Below are positions 12,980-25,690 of a DNA stretch of 64,000 nucleotides, piece after piece (positions within the stretch are counted from its first letter, which is position 1; each line of letters starts with the position of its first letter). A program made the position numbers and the translations under genes. A model generated the notes under the pieces. The model did no database searches, was not told where the DNA came from, and was given only the letters and a program-made list of their open reading frames with translations. The stretch is taken from contig NW_026262734.1 in NCBI RefSeq assembly GCF_021869535.1, positions 33,356,001 through 33,420,000 on the forward strand, given 5' to 3'. Source of the DNA: Mytilus californianus. Its lineage: Eukaryota.

Positions 12980-13981
12980 AATTTAGAATAAACAAACACA
13001 CAGCAATACACACAGTAAAACTCAGTTCAAAAGAAGTCTGGAGTCCGATGTCAGAATAGGTAACAGAAGAAACTAAGCAAAATGACAATGATATATAAAT
13101 TAACAATGGACTACTAGCAAATTACTGACATGCCAGCTCCAGACCTTAATTAAACTGATTGAAAAGTTATGTCTTCATCATATGAAAATCAAGCACAACC
13201 CCTCCCGTAAGGGGTTTAGTATCATACCATCATACAATATACAAGAAGAACATGACCTGTATCATGCCAACAACTGGTTTTTGAATAAATGTGTTTATTT
13301 CCGATGCAAAGTCCCTATGAGTGAATCAATATTAATTCATAAAATATGCCATCTTTAATGACCTGACAACAGTATGGTAACTATATCCCTTCTGAATAAG
13401 TCTGTTTAAAGGTTTACATACTGTAAACTTGTTTACAATTAGTTTTATGTAATGAACAGGGTTTTCAAATTAATTTTGTTTTCATCTGTAAATTGGTTTT
13501 AATTACCTGTACATGAGAATTGTATACGCCAGTAAAATAGAAGTAATTGAATGTACATTGTACCTTACATATAATTGAATTGAAAATTTCTTTGTAAACT
13601 TCTTTAGCAGTTAGGCACAGACTACCACCAATTCATTTGTGTGTGTGGAAGGGGTTAGATAAATTGTTTGATTCAAAATTTCCAAATTTCTTGGAAATTT
13701 TTTGTTTTGTTTTTGAAGAGAAGTGAAAAAATAGTTCGTTTCCGTTTTAAATTAGGGAAAGGGATTAAATTCAATATAGCTATAATAATAAATATGAAGA
13801 TAGAGTCTACAAACAAACAAAATGTCTTGTTCCTGACTTTTGTTGAAAAACATATATTTGTTTTTGAAATAAATTTGTTTGTCCCAAGAAAATTAGCAAT
13901 AAGCATGACCAACAAATTTTTTTTTGAAATAGTTATAATAGCTTTTCTATAAGAACATGTATACATTAAGATTTTTTTCAG

Positions 13982-14109
13982 GTAAAGCTGTTTTTATTAC
14001 AAGTTGATGGTTTAAGTCAAGGTTATGAACTATCAAGAAGGTCACCTGGCTGGTCATCATTGAGATATTCTGGACCAGGATCAACAAACCTAGACCCATT
14101 TGGTTTTTA
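13982..14109 (+). CDS. PLBD2: PLBD2 exon 3
   Basis: ttcag^GTAAAG; VKLFLLQVDGLSQGY...LDPFGF; TA^gtaag. Phases match both neighbouring exons. Confidence 0.85.
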
Positions 14110-14791
14110 GTAAGAATACTAATCTTATACTTTTTAGCTTGTGGAATATTGTGATTATATTTCCTTGAAATACATTGAGGAAGATAACACAGATGTCAGA
14201 TAAAGGTGTCCATGACACAATAGTCATACAAAATGGTTATGAATTATTTGTTATATTATACACTGTTTTGAACTGTAAATGTGTTGAAATAAATTAGAAG
14301 GTTTTAATTTTAACCTACCTGTATATATACAAAATATATTGGAAGCCATATATCTATTAATGGCCCCGTCCAATTTACCATAAATGAACAAGCTAATGTT
14401 CAATGAATAACAGGAGCAATATGAAATCTAAGTATAATGCATACGCCTAAAAGTGTACAAAACAACACCAATATAAAAAAAGGAAACAATAAATATAAGT
14501 ATCTATAAATATTTAGAATAAAAGATATATATATACTTCATCAGTATATATATACTTCATCAGTATGATCATGATGATGTAAAATGAATCATATCAATCC
14601 TTTCTTTAACTAAAACAATCTCTAACGTAATATATATTAAAAACCAATAAAATTGATAAATGATCATTAAAAAGAGAAGAAATCTATACTTAAATTTTGT
14701 TATTTGTTAAAAATTTTACTTTTAATAATTCAATTTATTCAAATATTAGTTTAAATTTATGTATGTACTTTATTCCTACATTAATTTTCAG

Positions 14792-15009
14792 CCTTTTTCA
14801 AGTTGGAGGTGATTTAGAAGATTTGGAGGAGGTACTAGGCAAACCTGAAAAATCGAGAGTGTTTGGATCTGGTTCCTGTTCTGCTTTGATTAAAATGTTC
14901 CCTGGAAACAAAGATTTGTATGTCAGTCATGACACTTGGTCAACATACCAGTCCATGCTGAGGATTCTGAAGAGATATGAATTTGCATATACTGTTAAAG
15001 ATGGATTAG
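14792..15009 (+). CDS. PLBD2: PLBD2 exon 4, containing the Ntn-hydrolase autocleavage/catalytic Cys
   Basis: LFQVGGDLEDLE...GSGSCSALIK...LYVSHDTW; G^gtatt. Confidence 0.95.
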
Positions 15010-15291
15010 GTATTATTGAAGTCTTAATTACTGTAGGTTCATTAATATTGTGTTGGTAACATTTTTCATGGTTTTAGGAAAATTTCATGGATATTTTATT
15101 TCTTGGTTTTGACAAATTTTGATAAAGGATGATATATGTTTTGTTGAACATTTTTTAATAAGTGGTTTTCATATAGCCATATTAAGCCAAAACTTTGATC
15201 TTTATTGACAGCGATAGGTCTATTTCGGTATTCATACATACTATTGCTTCTAAAGAAAACTGCATTGAACAATTTTGATATATTTTTTCAG

Positions 15292-15383
15292 GTGTATATA
15301 TACCAGGGTACATGATGACGTTTTCTTCCTACCCAGGAACTATTTTATCTGGGGATGATTATTATCTCATGAGTACAGGATTA
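15292..15383 (+). CDS. PLBD2: PLBD2 exon 5
   Basis: PGYMMTFSSYPGTILSGDDYYLMSTGL^gtaagt. Confidence 0.95.
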
Positions 15384-15774
15384 GTAAGTTGATTATTTTA
15401 AGGTTGAGTTATCTCCCTTTACATTTTTAACAGTTTTGTATTTACTTCGCAGCTGCTTTAGTTTACATTTATGCTTTCAGTGCAAAACATAAATTAGGTA
15501 TTTTGTACTGTAAGCATTTTATGTCCTCCTTATGCGAGCAATAGGCTGTTAGTTTTCCGCAATTTTGGTCTGACTATTTTTATGAGAGTTGTGGGACTTT
15601 GACTATTTTTTGGAGTATTGCCACATTAACACCTTGTGAACTTAACTTCTCTGAGACCACTTGATAAAAAGCTCCCATACCTGGTAGGATTGTTTGCTGT
15701 CGTGTGTAGTTGCCCATATTTTACGATTATTGTGATCCGACCAATTTTACAGGAGTTATCTGACTTTGACTATT

Positions 15775-16051
15775 TTTATGCCCCACCTACAATAGTAGAG
15801 GGACATTATGTTTTTCGGTCTGTGCGTCCGTTAGTTCGTCCTTATGTCCCGCTTCAGGTTAAAGTTTTTGGTCAAGGTAGTTTTTGATGAAGTTGAAGTC
15901 AAATCAACTAGGAACTTAATACACATGTTCCCTATGATATGATCTTTCTAATTTTAATGCCAAATTAGAGTTTTGAACCCAATTTCACGGTCCACTGAAC
16001 ATAGAAAATAGTGCGAGTGGGGCATCCGTGTACTATGGACACATTCTTGTT
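15775..16051. mobile_element. Short Helentron-like non-autonomous element (family F)
   Basis: Sub-terminal inverted repeats ATGCCCCAC / GTGGGGCAT, a GTCC microsatellite-like tract, and insertion into a T-run of a host tandem repeat. Confidence 0.6.
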
Positions 16052-16253
16052 TTAGGTATTTTATTAGTGTCACCTGGTGAACACAACTCCTGTGAGACCA
16101 TTTGACAGAAAGCATTCATACTTTTATCATATATGTAGATAACAATATTATACTTTCACTTTGAACTCAACATTTTTATGGGAGTTATGGGACTTTTACT
16201 ATTTTTGGAGTATTGTGAAAAATAACACCTTGGGTATGCACTTCATTTGAGAC

Positions 16254-16463
16254 TACTGTAAATTCAGAAATTATTGCGATGTTTTTATTATTGCGAAAAA
16301 TGCGACAGGGTTATAATCACAATAATTTAAACGTGCATTTTGAAATTTTTTATATGAATTAAACAGGATTTTTCTCAATATCGCAAAAAATAAAATTGCA
16401 TTTTAGTCTAAAATGACAAAATCGCAATAATAAATGCACTCAATAATTTCTGAATTTACAGTA
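16254..16463. mobile_element. Tc1/mariner-type MITE with TA target duplication (relatives at ~24824-25032, ~26277-26470; partial at ~43140 and ~57930)
   Basis: TA-CTGTAAATTCAGAAATTATTG ... CAATAATTTCTGAATTTACAG-TA. Removing it restores the host unit GAGAC(TA)TTTGACAG. Confidence 0.75.
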
Positions 16464-16664
16464 TTTGACAGAAGGCTTTCATACTTGCAGGATTGTTTGC
16501 CATTTAGTGTAATTTACCAATTTATATTGTTATTTTGACCATACCAATTTTACAGGAGCTATGGGACTTTGATTATTTTTTGGAGTTATGTAATAGTGTC
16601 ACCTTGTGAACATAGCTCCTCTAAGACCATTTAACAGATCGCTTTCGTACTTGGTATGCTTTTT

Positions 16665-17345
16665 TAGCTCACCTGGCCCGAAGGGCCAAGTGAGCTTTTC
16701 TCATCACTTGGCGTCCGTCGTCCGTCATCGTCGTTAACTTTTTACATTTTGAACTTCTTCTAGAGAACCACTGAATGGAATGAAACCAAACATGGCACGC
16801 ATGTTCCTTTTGAGGTGCTGACCAAGTGGTGTTACTTTGAAGCTGATCATTTTATCCATGATGGCCGCCAGATGGGGACAATGTTTAACAAAGGACCCTA
16901 TGGACAATACATACAAATGTCTTCTTTTAGAGAACCACATACTGAATGGATTGAAACCAAACATGGCATGAATGTTCCTTATAAGGTGCTGACTAAGTTT
17001 TGTTACTTTGAAGCTGGTCCTTCATCCATGATGGCCGCCAATGGGGGGACTTCCTTTAACATAAGACCCTATGGGAAATACATACAGAGGTGCACTGAAT
17101 GGAATGAAACCAAGACATGGCATAAATGTTTCTTATGAGGTGCTGATGAAGTGTTGCTACTTTGTTGCCGATTTACTGTTCAAGATGGCCACCAGGATTT
17201 TTTATTAAATTACAGGACCAATATTAAGCCAAATTTGACCTCACTCATTATTAGGGTATCTGTTATGATTTTAATCTATTTTTACATGATTTCAAAAACC
17301 AAAGTAGAATCAGGTGAGCGACACAGGCTCTTGAGAGCCTCTAGT
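16665..17345. mobile_element. Helentron-like element family D, copy 1, with about three 155-170 bp internal repeats
   Basis: Hairpin GCTCAC-CTGGCCC-GAA-GGGCCAA-GTGAGC, a (GTCC/GTC) tract, inverted CAGGTGAGC near the far end, and terminus CTTGAGAGCCTCTAGTT. Confidence 0.7.
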
Positions 17346-17521
17346 TTGGATTTATCAAACTTTTACCATATTTTGACTATTGTACCACAATGACACATTG
17401 TGACACACAATTTAAGTCCTCATTTATACAGCACTTGGGACATTTAGCTATGGTGTGAATAATGGATTCACAGTAGCTTGAATCCTTCTTTCTATAAAAA
17501 AAAGTTAATTATAATTCACAG

Positions 17522-17682
17522 GCAACCTTAGAAACAACTATAGGAAATAGTAACAGTGACTTATGGAAATATGTCAGGCCAGAAAATTCCGTTCTTGAAG
17601 GTATCAGAGTAATGGCTGCTAATAGACTTGCAACCAGTGGTAAAACGTGGTCATTGATGTTTTCAGCTTACAATAGTGGAAC
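17522..17682 (+). CDS. PLBD2: PLBD2 exon 6
   Basis: ATLETTIGNSN...RVMAANRLATSG...FSAYNSGT^gtaagt. Confidence 0.95.
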
Positions 17683-18294
17683 GTAAGTAGTATTGACACC
17701 ATTCATGTATTTGTCAAACAGGTCAATTCACATTTATGGTCTAATGCATTCTGGGTATTATTTTCACTGACATAAACCAAAACATTGTTACTTCAACACC
17801 TCATAATCTAAAGGACTATAGGTAATTGATTTGATTTAAAGTGTACAGTTATAGTGTGCTATATTTTAATGTACATATTATAATTTTTTAACAAAAACTA
17901 TTTATATTCCAAAATTTATATTCGAAATTTCCACAAGAAATAATATGCAAATCAACTTATGAAGCACAACAACTGTACAAAATGTGTTTAGTCCTATTCA
18001 CATGTCTAAAGATTTTTTTGCACAAAAAGTATTTCTTTTATTTGATCCAAATAAATTTTCGAAAGTCAAAAATAATATGCACATCTTAATATTATGCAAA
18101 AGGAATGTACAAAACTATACCATATCCTACCTACACTGGAGTTTTTCAACTCACAACAATTGTTGATGGACAGACGGACAGATAAACAAAATGAAAACTA
18201 TAGCGCTCCTGTATCCTCGATTTAAGGTTCTTATAATCTGTAGATGATATTTGTAATACATTTTATTACAAAAGTCTTGTTTATATATTTACAG

Positions 18295-18387
18295 GTACAA
18301 CAATCAGTGGATGATAGTGGATTCTAACAAGTTCAAACCAGGATCATACAATATGACAGATCTTTTGTATGTTCTTGAACAAATTCC
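18295..18387 (+). CDS. PLBD2: PLBD2 exon 7
   Basis: YNNQWMIVD...LYVLEQIP^gtaagt. Confidence 0.95.
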
Positions 18388-18911
18388 GTAAGTTGTTATG
18401 TTTTTTTTAAAAGAATGTAGTTTGAAACTTTTTTGGGATGCAAGATGTCATGCAAGGTTTGTTTATCAATGAAATTTAATATTCATACACTTATCATTTT
18501 GATGTGTCTGGAACTTTATTCTAATGAAACATCTACTCTAGATTTATAAATTTTTGCATGTATTTATTATTGCAATTGTTAAACTCTGTATACAATAATG
18601 CTGTCAAAATGTAATATGCACACTTTTAAATTTGCAATACCTATCCAATGGCAATTTTGGTAGAAATAAAAAAACATCACAAAAATTCTGAATTTACAAT
18701 GATTCATTTCTTAAAAATCTGTTCAAAAAAATGAATATACCGGTAAAACTGCAAATTATTTTTTTTTTGTTTTTCAATTTTAATGCTGGTTTCTTTTCTT
18801 CAAAAAGCACAGAAAGTGTGTGAATTGCATTCAAAAACTGTTAAGAGCAGAACTTTCTTTGTAAAATTTCAATTTTTTTCAACCAAAAAATGTTTTGATT
18901 GATATTTACAG

Positions 18912-18983
18912 GAATAATATAGAATATGGAGATCGGTCAGATGTTCTAATGAAACAAGGATACTGGCCAAGTTACAACATTCC
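18912..18983 (+). CDS. PLBD2: PLBD2 exon 8
   Basis: ...DVLMKQGYWPSYNIP^gtaagt. Confidence 0.95.
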
Positions 18984-19488
18984 GTAAGTAGAACATGTGT
19001 AATCAATAAAGCTCGGTTTTTGAATTGATGAATCTGTCTAGAAATGTCAGTAAAGTTGCAGAATATGTATGCATTCTAATTTGCTCATCACAGTGTTTCA
19101 TAAATGATTTAAGGGTACTTATTTTTAAAGGTGAACCAGGAATATGTTCAATAAAGTACAAAATTTTCTATAAGTTTTATGCAGAATTTCTTAAAACAAT
19201 GTCCACGAAACTAAAATGTTTCCTCTAGCCACTTAAAAGGCTTATTCTCCTAAATGATATTGTTTTTCAATACCTTACATTTATTTAGATATCTCAGAAT
19301 AGAAATGAAATTGAGCTGACTGCTCACAAGAAAATAAGGTAACACATTGTGGATTTTTGTTGTAATAACATTTGATAACTCAGATTATTTTTATTGTCAT
19401 CAACATAATAAAGTCAATTTATTCCTAATAATTATATAGAAGTCTTATTACTCCGTCAGTGTACTAATTTCTTTTTTACATTTATTAG

Positions 19489-19641
19489 GTTCTATCCTAC
19501 CATTTTTAACCTCAGTGGAGGGCCAGCTGCAGTAGCCCAGTATGGAGAATGGTTTTCATATGATGGGGCACCAAGAGCTAAAATATTCAAACGAGATTTT
19601 AGTAAAGTTACAAGCATGGAAACTATGATGCAGTTAATGCG
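19489..19641 (+). CDS. PLBD2: PLBD2 exon 9
   Basis: FYPTIFNLSGG...YGEWFSYDGAPRAKIFKRD...MMQLMR^gtaat. Confidence 0.95.
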
Positions 19642-19691
19642 GTAATATGCCTAGTCAGCTTATTTGTTTCAAGACTATATAATTGATATTA

Positions 19692-19957
19692 GGGGGCCTC
19701 TGTGGCGGAGTGATCTAAGTAGTTCATCTACTGTACCACTAGCCTGTCAACACTGAGGTTGTGAGTTGGGATCCCCGGACATGGCTGCTATGTTCTATTC
19801 CAATCTTAATTGACAAGGATTGTCAGTTTTCCTGCTGAAGGTTGGCGGTATTCTCTTGCAACCCTGGCTTCCTTCACCAATAAAAAGATTCTGCCACAAA
19901 ATAGCCAATAGTGCTGAAAGTGGCATTAAACACCAACTATCAATCAGCCAATCAATT
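19692..19957 (+). mobile_element. tRNA-derived SINE (Meta/RUDI-like central domain)
   Basis: Degenerate A box TGGCGGAGTGATC and B box GTTGGGATCC, central GGTATTCTCTTGCAACCCTGGCTTCCTTCACCAATAAAA, and a (CAAT)-like 3' tail. The subfamily name is from recall. Confidence 0.65.
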
Positions 19958-21823
19958 AATATCAGAAGTTGGTATAAATTAGATCTTCATGTCAGTACAT
20001 CTTCTTTCAGAATTTTGGTTTCCATATTATTCAGTAATTTCAGAAATTGCTGTGATGTTGTTGTTTATACAAACAATGGAACAGTTTCTGGTTCGTAATG
20101 ATAATTTCAGTAGTGATTTTCCTTCACAAAATGTTTGTAATCACATTGATAGATCTCACATTTTTACCAGTAATCAGTGATTCGCCATAATAAATTGGTG
20201 CATTACTTTCTGAATTACATGTACAGTACTCAAATTTTTAAAAACTGCACCATTGACACAATATACAGAAAAGGTTCATTTTTGTCTTGCCTGCGATAAA
20301 AGTTGCAGAATGCCAGACAAAGGGCCTGATGGTGTTTTAATTTCTAACAGTTAAGAGTGATGAAGGTATTACCAGAAAAGTAGACTTTTAGGGTTTCTTG
20401 GTGATATAAAGTATTGCTTAATCAAATCTTTTGAAAATCTTAGACAAAGTCTATATTAAAACAAATTTCACATTTTGTCATGGATGATAAATACAGATTC
20501 AGTTGGAGTTTTTGTACCGTAGGTTTTGAAAGTTTCAAAGAATTGTTTTTCCATTTCTATTATGCATCTCAAGACTGTTATAATTTATATTTCAAATACA
20601 TGAAATAAATTAGCATTGTTTACCTTATATGTCTCTGGACAATATTTGATAAAACAGATGACCAGCTATTAAGGGGAGATAATTTCACAAATTAAATTGT
20701 GTAAAGTGGAGATAACAGAACACTCTTTAAACTAATGTGTTGAATTTTGATGTACTATAGTGGAAATCTGTAAAAGTGTCTTTTATATACTAAATTTTAT
20801 GAAGGGGAGAAAATTTTATGGAATATATAATAAATACATATAATTCAGACTAATAAATTCAATCTTTGAAAGAAAGAATATACAAATGAAAATGTATGGG
20901 AGTACATAAAAATGACATGTCTTCAAATTTTACTTGCACTTGGGATGAATAAGCAAAACCAGTATGCACTACCAAATAACTTTTCTGATTTAGGGGAGGA
21001 TTTCCCTGATAGATGTTGACCTGACTCTTAAAATCCTCTGTTGTTTAAACTTCAATACCTTAAAACAGGTTTTCAAAGAAGTTATAATGACATTCAAGGA
21101 CAAAGATACTTATTCAAAACCTTTATATACAAGATTAAAAACACTTATGACACTTATAAGATATGCATTAGGTCCACTTGTGCCTAAAACTCCCCATGGA
21201 TGTTTTGAGAAGTTGACAGGTATGCACTGACACTTTTTGCATGACCAGACACATTCTTAGCCAAAATAAATTTTAAATTGTACAAGAGAAATTTAAAAAA
21301 GCAAAAAAGAATATATAGAAGTTTAAAACATGTCAAAATTTTTCATCTCCGTATCAAAACTTCCTTATATCCATATTCATGCACTATATATTTTTTGTGG
21401 AACTTCTCTCCCTTGTCATTCAAGTATCTTTGTTACCTGTGACTCTGAGGGTCTGTTTAAATAGTCATGTTTTTATTGAAATTCGGCTTATTAAGTTCTT
21501 AGTTATCAAGAATCTCCAGAAATTCTGTTCGGGGCTAACTCCAATTAACAAACAAATTTGATAACAGCTCATTATTACAACCTAGTTTCAATAATATTAA
21601 GAATATTTCCCTCAGTGGTTGAAAGTAATACTAAATAGTAGATAAAGATGTATAGTGAATACCTTACCCTTGTATCTGTTAAAGATGAAGGTCTGATAAA
21701 CCAGTCGATAGTAACCTGATTACCTTATACCCCACAGTTCAACATCTTCTTGAAGCCCTTTTATGCAGAATTGAAGTTGAATTATCAAACTTATTTGTTA
21801 TTTTTTTCTGATGTAAATTATAG

Positions 21824-21983
21824 GTACAATGATTTTCAACATGACCCTGTCTCTAAGTGTGCCTGTACTCCTCCATACAGTGGTGAAAATGGTATATCAG
21901 CTAGATCAGACCTAAATCCTGCTAACGGTACCTATCCATTTGGAGCTTTAGGCCATAGGTCACATGGTGGAACTGATATGAAG
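21824..21983 (+). CDS. PLBD2: PLBD2 exon 10
   Basis: YNDFQHDPVSKCACTPPYSGENGISARSDLNPANGTYPFGALGHRSHGGTDMK^gtaag. Confidence 0.95.
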
Positions 21984-23752
21984 GTAAGATCTGAATGGAA
22001 ATCTTCAAGCTTGATGGCTGTGATCTGAGTATGTGGTCAGTATTGTCCTGTGTGGATCATTGGAATATCAGAAAGAAAAAAAATGACATAGAGAAGTTCT
22101 TTTTAGTGGTTATCTATGTAGCTGGATTCCATAAAATTAATTTCTTCTAACTATTAATCTTAATTCACTAATGGTAGTCCACTGTAGTCATATATATTCA
22201 TTAACTTTTTTTAAATATTGAATACTTGACAACAATGCATGCATACCTTAACTTCTTGAGTTTTTTACACTAAACAAAAATTTGTAGTTTTATTCTTATG
22301 TAAGCTCTGTTCTGGCCTCAGAAAATTTGCAGCATAACTGGCTATTCTTAATTGAAATGTTCAAAATTTTATGATTTTTGGTTGGTTCTGGAAAAAAATA
22401 CTTATGAGCAAGAGTGTGTGCTATAAAAAAAATAATAATTGACTGAATTTTAAGCAGTTTAATACAATTGCTGTGTGTTTGTTTATTCCACATTGACTAG
22501 AGGCATAGGGGGAGGGTTGAGATCTCACAAAACATGTTAAACCCTGCCGCATTTTTGCGCCTGTCCCAAGTCAGGAACCCCTGGCCTTTGTTAGTCTTGT
22601 ATGTTTTTTTCATTTTGGTTCATTTGTATGCTTCGGAGTTTAGCATGACAGCCATTTTAGCCGAACTATTATACATTATTGTTTAAGGGCCAGCTGAAAC
22701 CCTCCTCCAGGTGCGGGATTATCACGCTTTGTTGAAGACCCACTGGTGTCCTTGGGCTGTTTTCTGCACTTTGGTCGAAATGTTGTCTCTTTAAACATTC
22801 CCTGTTTCCATTCTCAATTTTAATATGTTCACAACTGACTATTTAAGAAATAATTCATGGGGGCTTGAATTTATACTGATTTTACCACGGGTTGGCCCTT
22901 TGTGCTAAATATTTTAAAAAATATCGGCATAAAGGGCCAACCCATGATAAATTCAAGCCCACATGAACTATTTCTATTGAAATAGGACAAATACTGCAAC
23001 TCTTTTGGATCGAAGCGCTCTAGGTGAAGGCATATATTTGCCATTCCCGTAAATAAACACACTATTATATTGACGTAAAAGAATGGTGCAAACTGATCTA
23101 GTGACATGCTTAAACTATTTACAATAATGTTTTTAGATAGGTTTGGATGAATTTAAATGATAATATCTCTTATATGTAAAAAAAAATTGGCTTATAACAC
23201 ATTTTATCATGGTTTGTTTATGTTTTCTTATTTTGATGACTTTCAGTTTCATGATCGTGCATTTTCCCGTAAACTGCTTATATTCTTACGTCATCGCTCA
23301 ATAACGTCGGGTAGCTCATTCATAAAAAACATACGACATGGGAGTATGATCGGAACAGCCCAAACAATATATTCATATTTTACCACGGGTGTGTACTCAA
23401 AGCGTTTGAAGAACGTCATATTAGAATGAATCACAATCTTAACATTTATATATCATCTATTTGAAAAAAATATTTACTATATGGAGCAAAATATTGACAA
23501 ACCATCAACACAAAATTGTCTTGATATTTAAATTGAGTGGCACATTGATAGTAAACATTTATATTATCAGTAAAGATATGGTATATTCGTTTATTGTTAT
23601 CCACATTGTACATATAAATGATAAATATTAAAAAACAGATATAAACGATAATGAAGGGTAGGTACTATGGGGTATCCTCAATCACCTGTAGTATATATTA
23701 GTAAATCTCAAACCATGAAAAATTGTAACTTGTGATTTTTTTTAATTTTCAG

Positions 23753-23956
23753 TTAACAAATATGACAATGATTAAGAATCTACAGTTTATAGCCATTGGT
23801 GGTCCAACTCATGAACAACAACCACCATTCCAATGGAGTAAGTCAGACTTTGGACCTAAAACCCCACACAGAAGCCATCCAGATGTTTTCAAATTTGATC
23901 CAATTATGTTTGATGGTTCAATAAACATTAAAAAATTTGGAGGATTTAGAGGATAG
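23753..23956 (+). CDS. PLBD2: PLBD2 exon 11 (terminal)
   Basis: ttcag^TTAACA; ...IGGPTHEQQPPFQWSKSDFG...HPDVFKFDP...TAG. Confidence 0.92.
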   Translation, partial: LTNMTMIKNLQFIAIGGPTHEQQPPFQWSKSDFGPKTPHRSHPDVFKFDPIMFDGSINIKKFGGFRG

Positions 23957-25227
23957 AAGGGTATATAAAACTTAAAGATGACCAGGATAAAAATAAAATT
24001 TGAAAATAATGTTTTAATTCTGTCTCTTGATATTGTTTATGAAAGAAAATTACTAATAGATTAACAAAAAATTACTTGTCGGAACAAGAAGCTGTGTAAT
24101 TTCATATGCATAATAATTTTTCACACACTTAAAATAAAATTTGAATATTGTTAGGTAATTTGAATAATACAAATACTATATAAATTCATCATTTTTACCT
24201 GTTTTAAAAATGTTATATATTTAATATAATGAAATATATTTCAAAACAATTTCTCATTTGATTTTTTTTTTCATGTGTGTGTTTGTTTTGTAATTCTTTG
24301 TTTGTTATATTTCAATGTATATCACGAGAGCCTCAGGGATGATTAGTTTTATAGGTACCCTCTTTAAATTATTATTATTATTATGATGATGTCTTTCATA
24401 TATTTATAATGAATAATGGTATTAAGAACTTAGACAAATACTATTTTATTGTTAACCTTGCTGTTGCAGCTCAGAATTTGTATTTATGTATTAATTATTG
24501 ATTTATTTAATTTAACAGCAGATTTCTCAACAATTAAAAAGAAACACTATTATGTCATTTTTTTCTGGTACTTAATTTCAACCAGTTTGCAGTTGAATTA
24601 ATGTAGAAAATCAGCTATTCCCAAAAACTGCTTTAACATTTATATAGAAGTGGAATGCATTTGTATATGAATTTACGAAAAAGATGTATGAAACCAGAAT
24701 TAATCAATGCAATATTTCACATTTTGAAAATCTGTTCTTGTCAGGGGAGCTTAAAATCATGTGTTGGAAATTCAAAAGTAATAAATGATATTATTTTTGT
24801 ACACACAACACATGTTTCTTAATACTGTAAATTCAGAAAATTTAGCATCCATTTATCGTTGTGATTGTTGAACAAAAATTAAAAATGCAAAAAACAATGG
24901 ACAAAAATAAGAAATCAATTATTGCAATTTCAGAAAATGCTGCTTACAAATAATGCTGTCAAACATTAAAATGCTAATAAAACCTATCCAGTCACAATAA
25001 TAAAAATAGCACAAAAATTTCTGAATTTACACTAACATTTATCAGGTACGCTCTTTACAAAAGTTGAGCACTAATCCAAAAGATCACAAAAAAAACCCAA
25101 AAAACAACCAGCTAAGGAACACTTGTGCATCGATTGCATAACCTTAGAATAAAACATGTTTTTGTCTAATGAAAATTTCTCATTTAAAAATAAAGTATGT
25201 TAGGCCAGTACTAAATCACTTGCTTCA

Positions 25228-25690
25228 ATAGATATAAGAAGATGTGGTATGAGTGCCAATTAGACAACTCTCCATCCAAGTCACAATTTGTAAAAGTAAA
25301 CCATTATAGATCAAAGTACGGCCTTCAACACGGAGCCTTGGCTCACACCGAACAGCAAGCTATAAAGGGCCCCAAAAATGACTAGTGTAAAACCATCCAA
25401 ACAGGAAAACCAACGGTCTAATCTATATAAAAAACAAGAAACACTTATGAACCACATCAACAAACAACAACCACTGAACATCAGGTTCCTGACTTAGGAC
25501 AGGTGCAAACAAATGCAGCGGGTTTGAACGTTTAAATAGGCGCCAACCTTCACCCTACCTGAAACAATAGTGTAACATCACAACATAGAAAGACACACTA
25601 TAAAATATCAATTGAAATGGCTTAACTCAATCAAAAGACATATTAACAAAAACAAGTGAACATACACTGAACGAATAAATTTGATAAAAA
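25228..25690 (-). mobile_element. Dispersed SINE-like repeat family R1, longest copy (fragments at ~5167, ~12715, ~37579, ~43290, ~54508)
   Basis: All copies share the end GTTGTCTCATTGGCACTCATACCACATCTTCTTAT and are truncated at variable points on the other side, as expected for retroposition. Confidence 0.6.

Noticed and set aside
13668-13966. Overlapping 94-aa and 97-aa ORFs on opposite strands
   Set aside because: AT-rich, low-complexity intron sequence (F/K/I/N-rich) directly before the PLBD2 exon 3 acceptor.
16734-17393. ORFs of 76-107 aa with internal repeats
   Set aside because: They lie within the tandem core of element D.
19692-19790. tRNA-like sequence
   Set aside because: Degenerate A/B boxes, no cloverleaf, and it continues into a SINE body and tail.
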